Under the pieces are notes generated by a model. The model ran no database searches, was not told the DNA's origin, and was given only the letters and a program-made list of their open reading frames with translations. A stretch of 64,000 nt of DNA, taken from contig JAPSGB010000014.1 in the NCBI GenBank assembly GCA_035063585.1, positions 35,533 to 99,532 of the forward strand. Direction: 5' to 3'. The translations under genes were made by a program, and so were the position numbers. This stretch comes from Polyangiaceae bacterium. GTDB taxonomy: Bacteria; Myxococcota_A; Polyangia; Polyangiales; Polyangiaceae. Every line of letters starts with the position of its first letter. Position 1 is the first letter of the stretch. Of the stretch, positions 48,847 through 57,567 are shown one piece after another.

Positions 48847-50600
48847 GCCGCGCGGTCCCGGTGGCCGCCGCGCTCGGTCTTGCCCTCTCGCTCGCGGCGG
48901 GCGCGGTCAGCGCGGGCGCACCCGCCAAGAGCGGCGCCGCGTCGTCGAACGACCCGACCCTCGCCGCGCTCGAAGACGAGAGCGCGCGCGCCGTGCGAGA
49001 GCTCCGTCTGCCCGGCATGCCGGAGCCGTACCTGGTCACGGCCACCGTGCTCGACGACGATGAGCTCGAGCTTCGCGCCAGCTTGGGCAGTCTGGTCCTG
49101 CGCCGGCGCGAGCGCTCGAGGCACCTGAAGACCGAGGTCCGCGTGGGGAGCCGGGCGCTCGACAGCTCGGGCTTCATGAGCGACGACGGCGCGCCGCTCG
49201 TCGAGTACGAGCGGGTCCCCTTCGAGCCGGGCTACGGGCCGCTCCGGCGCGCGCTCTGGCTCGCCGCCGATCGCGCGTTCAAGAGCGCCACCGCGCGTTA
49301 CGAGGCCAAGCGCGCGCTGCGCGAGAGCGAGGGCGGCGCGCAAGAGCAGCCGCCCTCGCGCGCCGAGCACGCGCCGGTCCTCTCGCTCGGCGAGCGCGCG
49401 CCGGCGCTCCCGGACGACCCGGGCTGGGTCGCGCTCTGCCAGAGGTTGTCCGCAGTGTTCCGCGCGCACCCGGCCATCCACGAGAGCAGCGTGAGGCTCA
49501 GTGCGCTCTCCCGAACGCGCACCCTCGTCGACAGCGACGGCACGCGGGTGGTCGAGCCGAGCGCGCTGGTGCGCGTCGAGATCGTCGCGCGTACCCAGGC
49601 CGACGACGGCATGCCGCTCGTCCACCACGCCGCCTTCGCGGCGTCCGCGCTCGAGGGCCTGCCGCCCGAGGCCGAGCTCGTGGCGGCGGCGGAGCGCGTC
49701 GCGGTCGAGCTCGACCGACTGCGCGTCGCGCCGCTCGTGAGCGACTACGCGGGCCCGATCCTCTTCGAGGACGTGGCGGCGCCCGAGCTCCTCCGGCCGC
49801 TCCTCGCCGACGAGCTGTCCGGCACGCCGCTGCCTCGCGCGGCGTTCGGCGGCACGGTGGGGGACGCGAGCGCGCTCGAGCACCGCGTCGGCTGGCGGGT
49901 CCTGCCGCTCGGCTTCGAGGTCGTCGATGAGCCCGGGTTCGTGGGCGAGGGCGGCCGAGCGCTCGTCGGCGGGTATCGTCACGACGACGAAGGGATCCCC
50001 GGCGAGCGCGTGAGCATCGTCGAGGACGGCACGCTCCGCGCGCTCCTCACCTCGCTCACGCCGAGCCTGCCGGCGAGCCGCTCGAACGGTCATGGCCGCG
50101 CGGGCGCGTCGAGCACCGCGCGCGGGCTGCCGTCGGTGCTGCTCGTGACGACCCGTCGTGGCGTCTCGCGCCCGGCGCTCCGCGCGCGGCTCCTCGCGGA
50201 GGCCCGCGCCCAGGGCCTCGAGCGCGCCATGGTCGTGCGAAAATTCGACGACCCGGGCGTCACCGGGTCCTCGCTCACGCCGACCGGAGCGAGCGGCGCG
50301 GTGACCCTCCCGGCACCGGTGCTGCTCTACGAGGTCGATCTCCGCGGACGTGAGCGACTGGTCCGAGGTGGTCGGGTCGAGAGCCTCTCGACGCGCGACC
50401 TCCGCCGCCTGCTCGCGGCCGGCCGGAACGGGACCGCGTACAGCTACCTCGCCTCGGCGGTGGCTCGCCGCGGGGTGTGGGTGGGCGATATCCCGGCCAC
50501 CATCCTCGCGCCCGATCTGCTCGTGGCCGACGCCGACGTCCGGCGGCCGACCGAGCCCCCGCCGAAGCCGCCCGCTCTCCCGCCGCCGCCCGCGAAGTAG
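48843..50600 (+). CDS. TldE/PmbA-like non-catalytic partner with signal peptide
   Basis: Shares LRRALWLA.D, Y.GP, DDEG and SNGHGR with the upstream gene; lacks HExxxH; ATGA overlap. Confidence 0.82.
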   Translation: MSRAVPVAAALGLALSLAAGAVSAGAPAKSGAASSNDPTLAALEDESARAVRELRLPGMPEPYLVTATVLDDDELELRASLGSLVLRRRERSRHLKTEVRVGSRALDSSGFMSDDGAPLVEYERVPFEPGYGPLRRALWLAADRAFKSATARYEAKRALRESEGGAQEQPPSRAEHAPVLSLGERAPALPDDPGWVALCQRLSAVFRAHPAIHESSVRLSALSRTRTLVDSDGTRVVEPSALVRVEIVARTQADDGMPLVHHAAFAASALEGLPPEAELVAAAERVAVELDRLRVAPLVSDYAGPILFEDVAAPELLRPLLADELSGTPLPRAAFGGTVGDASALEHRVGWRVLPLGFEVVDEPGFVGEGGRALVGGYRHDDEGIPGERVSIVEDGTLRALLTSLTPSLPASRSNGHGRAGASSTARGLPSVLLVTTRRGVSRPALRARLLAEARAQGLERAMVVRKFDDPGVTGSSLTPTGASGAVTLPAPVLLYEVDLRGRERLVRGGRVESLSTRDLRRLLAAGRNGTAYSYLASAVARRGVWVGDIPATILAPDLLVADADVRRPTEPPPKPPALPPPPAK

Positions 50601-50669
50601 CCGCGCGCCGGCCCAGCTCGCCACGTCTGGGGCTGGCGACGGCGGGAGGAGCGGTGTAAAGAGCGCCGC

Positions 50670-51801
50670 ATGCTCGCCGAGACCAGGAGCACCCTCGCTG
50701 ACCTCCAAAGGCGCGTCGACGCGCTAAGGGGGTCTCTTTGACGTCCCCAAGCTGAAACGCGAACTCGAGGAGCTCGACGCGCTGAGCGCGGCTCCGGACT
50801 TGTGGAACGATCCAGAGAAGGCTCAGGGCGTCACGCGTCGCCGCGCGGTCGCTTCCGAGAAGCTCGAGTTGGTCGAGCGGCTCACCCGCGACGTCACCGA
50901 CGCGAGCGAGCTCCTCGAGCTCGGCGCAGCGGAGTCCGACGACAGCGTGATCGGCGACGTCGAGGCGCAGCTCGGCGAGCTCGAGGCGCGGATCCGCAAG
51001 GCGGAGCTCGCGCGGATGCTGTCGGGGCCGGTCGATCACGCCGGCGCCATCGTGAGCATCCATCCGGGCACGGGCGGCACCGACGCCAAGGACTGGGCCG
51101 AGATGCTGCTTCGCATGTACCTCCGCTGGTGCGAGCGTAAGGGGTATAAGACGGACATCGTCGACTACCAGGTGAGCGACGAGGCCGGCATCGACGGCGC
51201 GTCGTTCACCGTTCAGGGCCCGAACGCTTACGGCTATCTGCGCGCCGAGATGGGCGTGCATCGCCTGGTCCGGATCAGCCCATTCGACGCCAACGCGCGC
51301 CGCCAGACGAGTTTTGCCGCGGTCGAGGTGACGCCGGACATCGAGGATGAGATCGACATCGAGGTGAAGGACGTCGACCTCGAGGTGACCACCATGCGCG
51401 CCGGTGGCAAGGGCGGGCAGAACGTGAACAAGGTCGAGACGGCGGTGCGGATGAAACACGTGCCGAGCGGCATCGTGATCGTGTGCCGCGCCGAACGGAG
51501 CCAGCATCAGAACCGCGCCATGGCCCTCAAGATGCTGAAGGCGAAGCTCTACGAGATCGAGCTCGAGAAGCGCGAAGAGGTCCAGGCCGCCTACGAGGCG
51601 CAGAAGGGCCAGATCGCCTGGGGCAATCAGATCCGAAGCTACGTGATGCAGCCCTATCAACTCGTGAAGGATCTTCGCACCGAGCACGAGACGGGCGCGG
51701 TCAATGACGTCCTCGACGGCGCGCTCGATCCGTTCATCGAGGCGTTCCTGATGAAGAACGCCGACGCGGGCGCCCCGAAGACGCCTCCCGGCAAGGCCTG
51801 A
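50670..51801 (+). CDS. prfB: peptide chain release factor 2 (programmed +1 frameshift after codon 23)
   Basis: [23 protein letters not shown] then CTT TGA C; the +1 frame continues DVPKLK... with SPF and GGQ motifs. Confidence 0.97.
50727..50742 (+). other. prfB +1 frameshift signal
   Basis: Internal SD AGGGGG, 3-nt spacer TCT, then CTT TGA C. Confidence 0.96.
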
Positions 51802-51809
51802 GCCCGGGC

Positions 51810-53783
51810 TCAGCGCGCGCCGTCGAGCTCGCGCTCCGCCCAGTCGAGCAGGCGGCTCCCATAGCGCGGGTTGTGGATCCCCGCGGCCGGATCCTCGGCG
51901 ACCATGAGGAGCGCGGCGAGGACGCGCCGTCGCGCGCCCTCGGAGGCCGCGCGCACCCGAAGCGCGCGAGCGGGTGCGCGCTCCGGGCTGGTGTGCGGCC
52001 GCGCCCCGGCGCGATCGAGCAAGGCGCGCGCGCGGTCCGCGAGCGCGGGCGCGGGCGGCGCGCCGCCGGCGTGGCAGCCGAGGCACGCCGCCGGCCGCGC
52101 CGCGAAGTCATGACCTTCCCCCAAGGTAGAGGTTCCGGCGGGGGAGCGACCGTGACACGCGATGCAGCCGCCGGGGAGCGCGTGCGGCGGGCGGGCCTCG
52201 GGCGACAGCGGGCCGATCTCGTAGAGGAGGTTGCCTGCGCTGGCGCGCGGCTCCGCCTCGTCCCGCGGCGACGCGTGACACGCCAGGCATACGCGCGACG
52301 CCCGCGCGCCCTCCGTGGCTCCATCAGGAAAACCGGCAGGGAGGGGCGGCTCGCGCAGCAGCGCCGAGCCGGAGTGCTCGGCGTGCGGCGCGTGGCACGC
52401 CGCACATGCGATGCCGAAGCTCGTGTCCGCGGGCGGGGCCGGGTCGGCGCGGTAGGCTCCCTGCGCGGCCAGAAACCCCGCCGTCGTGTGGCAGCGGGCG
52501 CACTCGCCCGACCGCGTGCGAGGGTCGGCGTCGCTCCGCGCCATCCGGCTCCGCTGCCACGCGACCACGTGTCCGTAGCGGGGAGGGGCGTCGTGGCAGG
52601 TCGCGCACACGTCGCTCCGCAGCACGGTCCAGCGGGTCCCGCGCTCGGGGATGGTGCCGGGGCCGTGACACGCGGTGCAGGTCACGCCGCCCACGCGGCG
52701 GAGCGCGCGTGGGAGCGCATCCCAGCCGGACGCCGCGCCCTCTCGGGGCATCACCCAGCCGAACACTCGCGCCACCTCGACGAAGCCGCCGTCCGGGAGC
52801 CCGGGCTCGCCCGCCGCGTGACACGAGAGCGTGCAGTCCGCACGCGCCGCCTCGAGCTCGCCGCGCACCGCGCGCGCGAGCACGGTGGTCATCGGGCTCT
52901 TGGCGGCAGCGCTCCCGAGCTCCACGTGGCAGTCGGAGCGCGCGCAGTCGAGCGGCGTCCCGCTGTGGGTGCCGGCGGTGACCGCGAGCTCGCGCTCGCC
53001 GCCGTCCACGAACAGGTAGCGACCGTGGCGGTCGGCGCGAAACCAGGTGCCCGTCGCGTCGTGCTCGAGCGCCGCGTGGCTATCGGGTGGCGCGTCGTCG
53101 AGACGCCAGCTCGCGCCGCCGAGCAGCACGCGCTGCCCGATGGCGAGGCTCGGCAGCCCGCTCGCGCGCGGAGCCGAGGAGAACCGCACCTCGGTCTTCT
53201 TCTCGGTGCGTCCGTCGCTCCAGGTCGCCTCGAACCGGTAGGCGCCGCGGGTGCGCGGCGAGAGCGGCACGAGCCCCGCCTCGAGTGGGCCGGCGCGGAG
53301 CTCCGCGAGCGCGCGCGTGCGCGTGACCAGCATGAATCCGTTCTTCTGCGTCGACAGGGCGAGCTGCGGACCCTCGAGTTGTCTCCAGGTGACGCGCCCC
53401 GCGAGCGCCTCGCGACATCCCGGCGTGAGCTCCACCGTGAGCTCGCGATCGAAGCCGACGTCGGTGCGCTCGCTGCCCGCGGTGAGCCATGGCGCGAGGC
53501 GGACGCGCCGCGTGCTTCCGGGCGCGGCGCCGCCGAGATCGACCGACACCGGGCACGCGCCGGGCACCTCGAGATCGACGCGACCCGCCGGCGGCGCGAC
53601 GCGCACGATGAGCGTCGCGCCGCTCCGGGTCGCGTCGAGGACGACGCCGGGCGGGATGCGAGTCTCGTGGAGCGAGCGCACGAGCTCGGGCGGCGCCTCG
53701 AGGAGCAGCGTGAGCGGCGCGGGCGCGCTCTTCGTGGAGCACGCCCCGAGCCCGAGCGCGAGGCCCGCCGCGACCCACTTCAC
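51810..53783 (-). CDS. multiheme cytochrome c lipoprotein
   Basis: GTG start overlapping the upstream stop; lipobox LGAC; 7 CxxCH plus CARSDCH and CTLSCH; C-terminal GIHNP.Y. Confidence 0.88.
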   Translation of the reverse strand: MKWVAAGLALGLGACSTKSAPAPLTLLLEAPPELVRSLHETRIPPGVVLDATRSGATLIVRVAPPAGRVDLEVPGACPVSVDLGGAAPGSTRRVRLAPWLTAGSERTDVGFDRELTVELTPGCREALAGRVTWRQLEGPQLALSTQKNGFMLVTRTRALAELRAGPLEAGLVPLSPRTRGAYRFEATWSDGRTEKKTEVRFSSAPRASGLPSLAIGQRVLLGGASWRLDDAPPDSHAALEHDATGTWFRADRHGRYLFVDGGERELAVTAGTHSGTPLDCARSDCHVELGSAAAKSPMTTVLARAVRGELEAARADCTLSCHAAGEPGLPDGGFVEVARVFGWVMPREGAASGWDALPRALRRVGGVTCTACHGPGTIPERGTRWTVLRSDVCATCHDAPPRYGHVVAWQRSRMARSDADPRTRSGECARCHTTAGFLAAQGAYRADPAPPADTSFGIACAACHAPHAEHSGSALLREPPLPAGFPDGATEGARASRVCLACHASPRDEAEPRASAGNLLYEIGPLSPEARPPHALPGGCIACHGRSPAGTSTLGEGHDFAARPAACLGCHAGGAPPAPALADRARALLDRAGARPHTSPERAPARALRVRAASEGARRRVLAALLMVAEDPAAGIHNPRYGSRLLDWAERELDGAR

Positions 53784-54622
53784 CGCGCCCTCGCGCAGGC
53801 GCCGAGCGCGCAGACCTCGCCCGCGTCGCAGTCGGCGTCGAGCCAGCAGTTCGGGGTCTCCGCGCGCGGCAAGCACGCCCCGCTCACGCAGTCCGCCCCG
53901 GTCGCGCAGCCCGCGTCGCAGGCGCGGCCGAGGGTCGCCGGCGGACCGGGCTCGCAGAGCCGCGCGACGTCGCCGCCCGTGTGGTCGAAGCGACATCGCC
54001 ACGGGCCCTCACCGTCCGGGAGGTCCGGCGCCAGATCCAGGCAGAGCCGCTCGCTCGGATGGCCCCGGCGATTCCCGCAGGAAAATGCCGGGTCGGCGCG
54101 GCCGGCGACCGTGCCGGCCGAGTCGGCGAGCTTGCGGCAGAGGACCGCGCCGTCGAAGTCGGCGCACTCCCATTGACCGTCGTCCGGCAAGCGCGCGAAG
54201 CGCTGCGTGTGGAGCGCGCCGGATGCCACGAACGGGCCCGCGCCGAGCGCGCGCTCTTCGCACGTGCGCGCCGCTCCGGCGCCCGAGCAGCGCCACCCGC
54301 CACGGTGCGGCGCGTCGGGGAGCGGTCGCGGGACCCGCGCCGGGCCCGCCGGGCGAAAGCACGCCCGCACCTCGCCGACGTCGCGGCACGCCTCGCCGAG
54401 ATCGCCCGGCGCGGGGGCGCTCACCCGGCGCGGCGCGGCGGTGACGCGAACCGAGGCGGGCGCGCGCTCGGGCTCCGCGCACCCCAGCGTGAGCGCGACC
54501 AGGAGCGCGCTCGCGGCGAGCGTGGCGCGCGGCGGACGATGCGCGAGCGACGCGCGAGTTCGTTCGATGAGTGCGGTTCCGCGCCGAGCCGACAACAGCC
54601 CCTCGGCGCCCCGCTCACTCAC
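53780..54622 (-). CDS. Cys-rich hypothetical lipoprotein
   Basis: Lipobox TLGC; repeated W.C motifs; Cys-dense C-terminus. Start uncertain. Confidence 0.7.
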   Translation of the reverse strand: MSERGAEGLLSARRGTALIERTRASLAHRPPRATLAASALLVALTLGCAEPERAPASVRVTAAPRRVSAPAPGDLGEACRDVGEVRACFRPAGPARVPRPLPDAPHRGGWRCSGAGAARTCEERALGAGPFVASGALHTQRFARLPDDGQWECADFDGAVLCRKLADSAGTVAGRADPAFSCGNRRGHPSERLCLDLAPDLPDGEGPWRCRFDHTGGDVARLCEPGPPATLGRACDAGCATGADCVSGACLPRAETPNCWLDADCDAGEVCALGACARAR

Positions 54623-55799
54623 ACTTGACGACACCGGCGCAGTTGCCGATGGACTGCTTGCTGTTCGGGTAGTCTTCGCAGCACTCGCCGGCGTTCGTGC
54701 AGCAGGAGGCGCTGTAGAGATCGCCGCTGCAGCCCTTCGGGCGATCCGGCGTCTCGTAGCAGGTGCCCCACGTGCCGTTATTGTCGCACTTCTGCTTGCC
54801 CCAGTGACAGTAGGTCGGGTCGTCGCAGTAGCGCGATTGGCCGGGCGTGCACTTCTCGCAGTCGAGATCCTTGCAGTCGGTGTTCCCGTCGCAGTCCTCG
54901 TCGACGCCGTCGGAGCAGCTCGTCTCGCGCGGGGCGCAGCCGCAGGTGCCGGGGCGCTTGCAGTCGGGATCGGCGCAGTCGACCTTCCCGTCGCAGTCGT
55001 TGTCTCTTCCGTCACCGCAGAGCAGCTCGGTGATGAACGGGAACTCGGGCTTGCAGCCGCTCACCGGCTTGCAGTTGGCGGCTTGCACGCAGTCGGAGTC
55101 CTGGCAGTCGAGCTTGCCGTCGCAGTCGTCGTCTTTGCCGTTCGAGCAGTCCTCGGTCGGCGCGCAGCTGCACACCGTGGCGCAGTCGGAGTCCTGGCAG
55201 CCCATGAGCCCGTCGCAGTCGGCGTCCTTCCCGCTGAAACACTCCTCGCTGGTCGAGGTCGGGACGCACGCGCCGCCCGGGTCGCTGCCGTCGCAGTCCT
55301 CGTCGACGCCGTTGCCCGCGATCTCGGTGCTCGGCAGCGTCTCGCCGACGCACGGGCCCCATGCGTTGAACTCGCCGTACCTCTCGCACGCCTGCACCCC
55401 GTCCTTGCAGGCGCCGACGCCGCGACGCTGGGCGGGGCCGCTCCAGCACGCCTGGGTCGCGCCGTCCTGGCACGCGCAGCCCTCGTCGACCATCCCGTTG
55501 CCATCGTCGTCGAGGCCGTTGCCGCAGAGGTCGCTCGCCTGGGGTCCGCCGCCGGTGCCCGCGCCGCTCGCGCCACCGGTGCCCGCGCCGCTCGCGCCGC
55601 CGGTGCCCGCGCCGCCGCCGGTGTTCGCGCCCGCGCCCGCGCCGGCGCCACCGAGCCCGGCGTCGGCGGCCGCCGCGCCGCCCGAGCCCGCGCTCGCGCC
55701 GCTGCCGCCGGGCTGCGCGTCGGTGCCGCCGGTGGCCGAGCAGGCGACGATGACACCGAGACCGAGACCGAGGGTCGAACGAAGCAAGCGATGAGTCAT
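54615..55799 (-). CDS. Cys/Asp-repeat lipoprotein (MopE-related putative metal-binding repeats)
   Basis: GGAGG RBS, lipobox IVAC, Gly linker, about 6 repeats of C.(N/D)G.D.DCDG..DC.D.DC. Confidence 0.85.
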   Translation of the reverse strand: MTHRLLRSTLGLGLGVIVACSATGGTDAQPGGSGASAGSGGAAAADAGLGGAGAGAGANTGGGAGTGGASGAGTGGASGAGTGGGPQASDLCGNGLDDDGNGMVDEGCACQDGATQACWSGPAQRRGVGACKDGVQACERYGEFNAWGPCVGETLPSTEIAGNGVDEDCDGSDPGGACVPTSTSEECFSGKDADCDGLMGCQDSDCATVCSCAPTEDCSNGKDDDCDGKLDCQDSDCVQAANCKPVSGCKPEFPFITELLCGDGRDNDCDGKVDCADPDCKRPGTCGCAPRETSCSDGVDEDCDGNTDCKDLDCEKCTPGQSRYCDDPTYCHWGKQKCDNNGTWGTCYETPDRPKGCSGDLYSASCCTNAGECCEDYPNSKQSIGNCAGVVKCE

Positions 55800-55887
55800 G
55801 AGACCTCCGAGAGCCCGGAGTCAGCATATCATGGCGCGGTCCGGCTGTGGACGCGCCCGAGCCACCGCGCTAGACCCGCCGCGTCAA

Positions 55888-57567
55888 ATGAGCGCGTCCG
55901 AGCAAGCGACCCCCGCCGACGAGGCGACCAGCGCCGAAGACGCGCTCGTGGAGGCCCGGCGAGCCAAGGCGGAGCGCGTCCGCGCCCGCGGAGGCAACCC
56001 CTTCGCGAACGACGTCGCGCTCGACGACCGCGAGCTGATTGCTGCGCTGCGGCAGCGGTTCGCGAGCGCGCTGGTAGACGCGCGCGAGGGCCGGTACGCC
56101 GCGGAGCAGGTCGCCGCGCTCGGGGGAGAGGCCGAGGTGCACGTGATCGGGCGGCTCATGGCGCGCCGCGGGTTTGGCAAGGCGTCGTTCCTGCGCCTGC
56201 GCGACGGCTCTGGCGAGCTCCAGATCTTTGCGAAGCAGGACGTGCTCGGGGCGGACTACGCCGCGCTCGACGAGATCGATCTCGCCGATCACCTCGAGGT
56301 GCGGGGCCCGGTGATGGTCACCAAGACCGGCGAGCTCAGCGTCCAGGCGACCTCGCTCCGGCTCCTCACCAAGGCGCTCCGCCCGCTACCGGACAAGTGG
56401 CACGGGCTCACCGACGTCGATGCCCGCTACCGCCGCCGCTACGTCGATCTGGTCGCGAACCCGGACGCCGCGATGGTGCTGCGCGCGCGCTCGTTCGTGG
56501 TGCAGGGGCTCCGCAGCTACCTGGACGGCCTCGGCTTCCTCGAGGTCGAGACGCCCACCTTGCACCCGCTGGTGGGCGGAGCCGCCGCGCGGCCCTTCGT
56601 CACCCACCACAACACGCTCGACATGACGCTCTTCCTCCGGATCGCGCCGGAGCTCTATCTGAAGCGACTCCTGGTCGGTGGGCTCGAGCGCGTCTACGAG
56701 ATCGGGCGCTCGTATCGCAACGAAGGCATCAGCACTCGGCACAACCCCGAGTTCACCATGCTCGAGTTCTATCAGGCCTACGCCACCTACCAGACGCTCA
56801 TGACGGAGGCGGAGGAGATGCTCCGCCACGTCGATGGGTTCCTGGCCGAGAAGATGGCGTCGCTCGGGCAGGCCGAGACTCATGCGCGCTGGGTCGCCGA
56901 GCGCCCGTTCACCTTCGCGGAGCGGTTCGCGCGGGTGCCCATGAAGGACGCGATCGGGCGCGCCCTCGAGCTCGCCGGGCTGCCGGCTGGCCTCGAGCTC
57001 TCCTCGGAGTCGCTCGGCGCGCGCGCGTCGTCGCTCGCCGAGCGCTCGCCCCGCGCGGCCGCCATCGACTGGCAGAACTTCACGAAGGGCCTGGCGGCGT
57101 GCGACAGCGAGGGCGAGCGCACGTTCTCCGCCTACGAGTACCTGGCCGAGCCGTTCCTCGCGGAGGATTACCGCGCGCGAGACGGGGCGCGCAGCGTCCC
57201 GGTGTTCATCACCGACTACCCCTTCGAGGTCTCGCCGCTCGCCCGCAAGAAGGACGCGGACCCGTCGCTGGTCGATCGCTTCGAGCTCTTCGTGCACTCG
57301 CGCGAGCTGTGTAACGCCTTCAGCGAGCTCAACGATCCCGACGATCAGGCCGAGCGGTTCCGCGCCCAGGTCGACAAGAAGACCCGCGGCGCCGAGGAGA
57401 CGATGGACTACGACGTCGACTACGTCCGCGCGCTCGAGCACGGGATGCCCTCGGCCGCCGGCTTCGGCCTCGGCGTCGATCGGCTGGTGATGATGCTCAC
57501 CGCGCAGTCGTCGATCCGCGACGTCATCGCGTTCCCGCTCATGAGGCCGGAGTCCACGCCGCGATGA
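55888..57567 (+). CDS. lysS: lysine--tRNA ligase (class II)
   Basis: GKASF, TKTGELS, LPDKWHGL.D...RYR.RY.DL, LRIAPELYLKRL, RNEGI...HNPEFT, RFELF, G.G.DRL.M. Confidence 0.98.
   Translation: MSASEQATPADEATSAEDALVEARRAKAERVRARGGNPFANDVALDDRELIAALRQRFASALVDAREGRYAAEQVAALGGEAEVHVIGRLMARRGFGKASFLRLRDGSGELQIFAKQDVLGADYAALDEIDLADHLEVRGPVMVTKTGELSVQATSLRLLTKALRPLPDKWHGLTDVDARYRRRYVDLVANPDAAMVLRARSFVVQGLRSYLDGLGFLEVETPTLHPLVGGAAARPFVTHHNTLDMTLFLRIAPELYLKRLLVGGLERVYEIGRSYRNEGISTRHNPEFTMLEFYQAYATYQTLMTEAEEMLRHVDGFLAEKMASLGQAETHARWVAERPFTFAERFARVPMKDAIGRALELAGLPAGLELSSESLGARASSLAERSPRAAAIDWQNFTKGLAACDSEGERTFSAYEYLAEPFLAEDYRARDGARSVPVFITDYPFEVSPLARKKDADPSLVDRFELFVHSRELCNAFSELNDPDDQAERFRAQVDKKTRGAEETMDYDVDYVRALEHGMPSAAGFGLGVDRLVMMLTAQSSIRDVIAFPLMRPESTPR

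Noticed and set aside
53780..55799. RiPP precursors for the TldD/E pair
   Set aside because: These Cys-rich ORFs are 280-390 aa lipoproteins on the opposite strand beyond prfB; no YcaO, radical SAM or lanthipeptide enzymes are present.
54207..57314. 1035-aa plus-strand ORF
   Set aside because: Shadow ORF: antisense to the Cys-rich genes and out of frame over lysS; Arg/Ala-rich as expected when stops are scarce in high-GC DNA.
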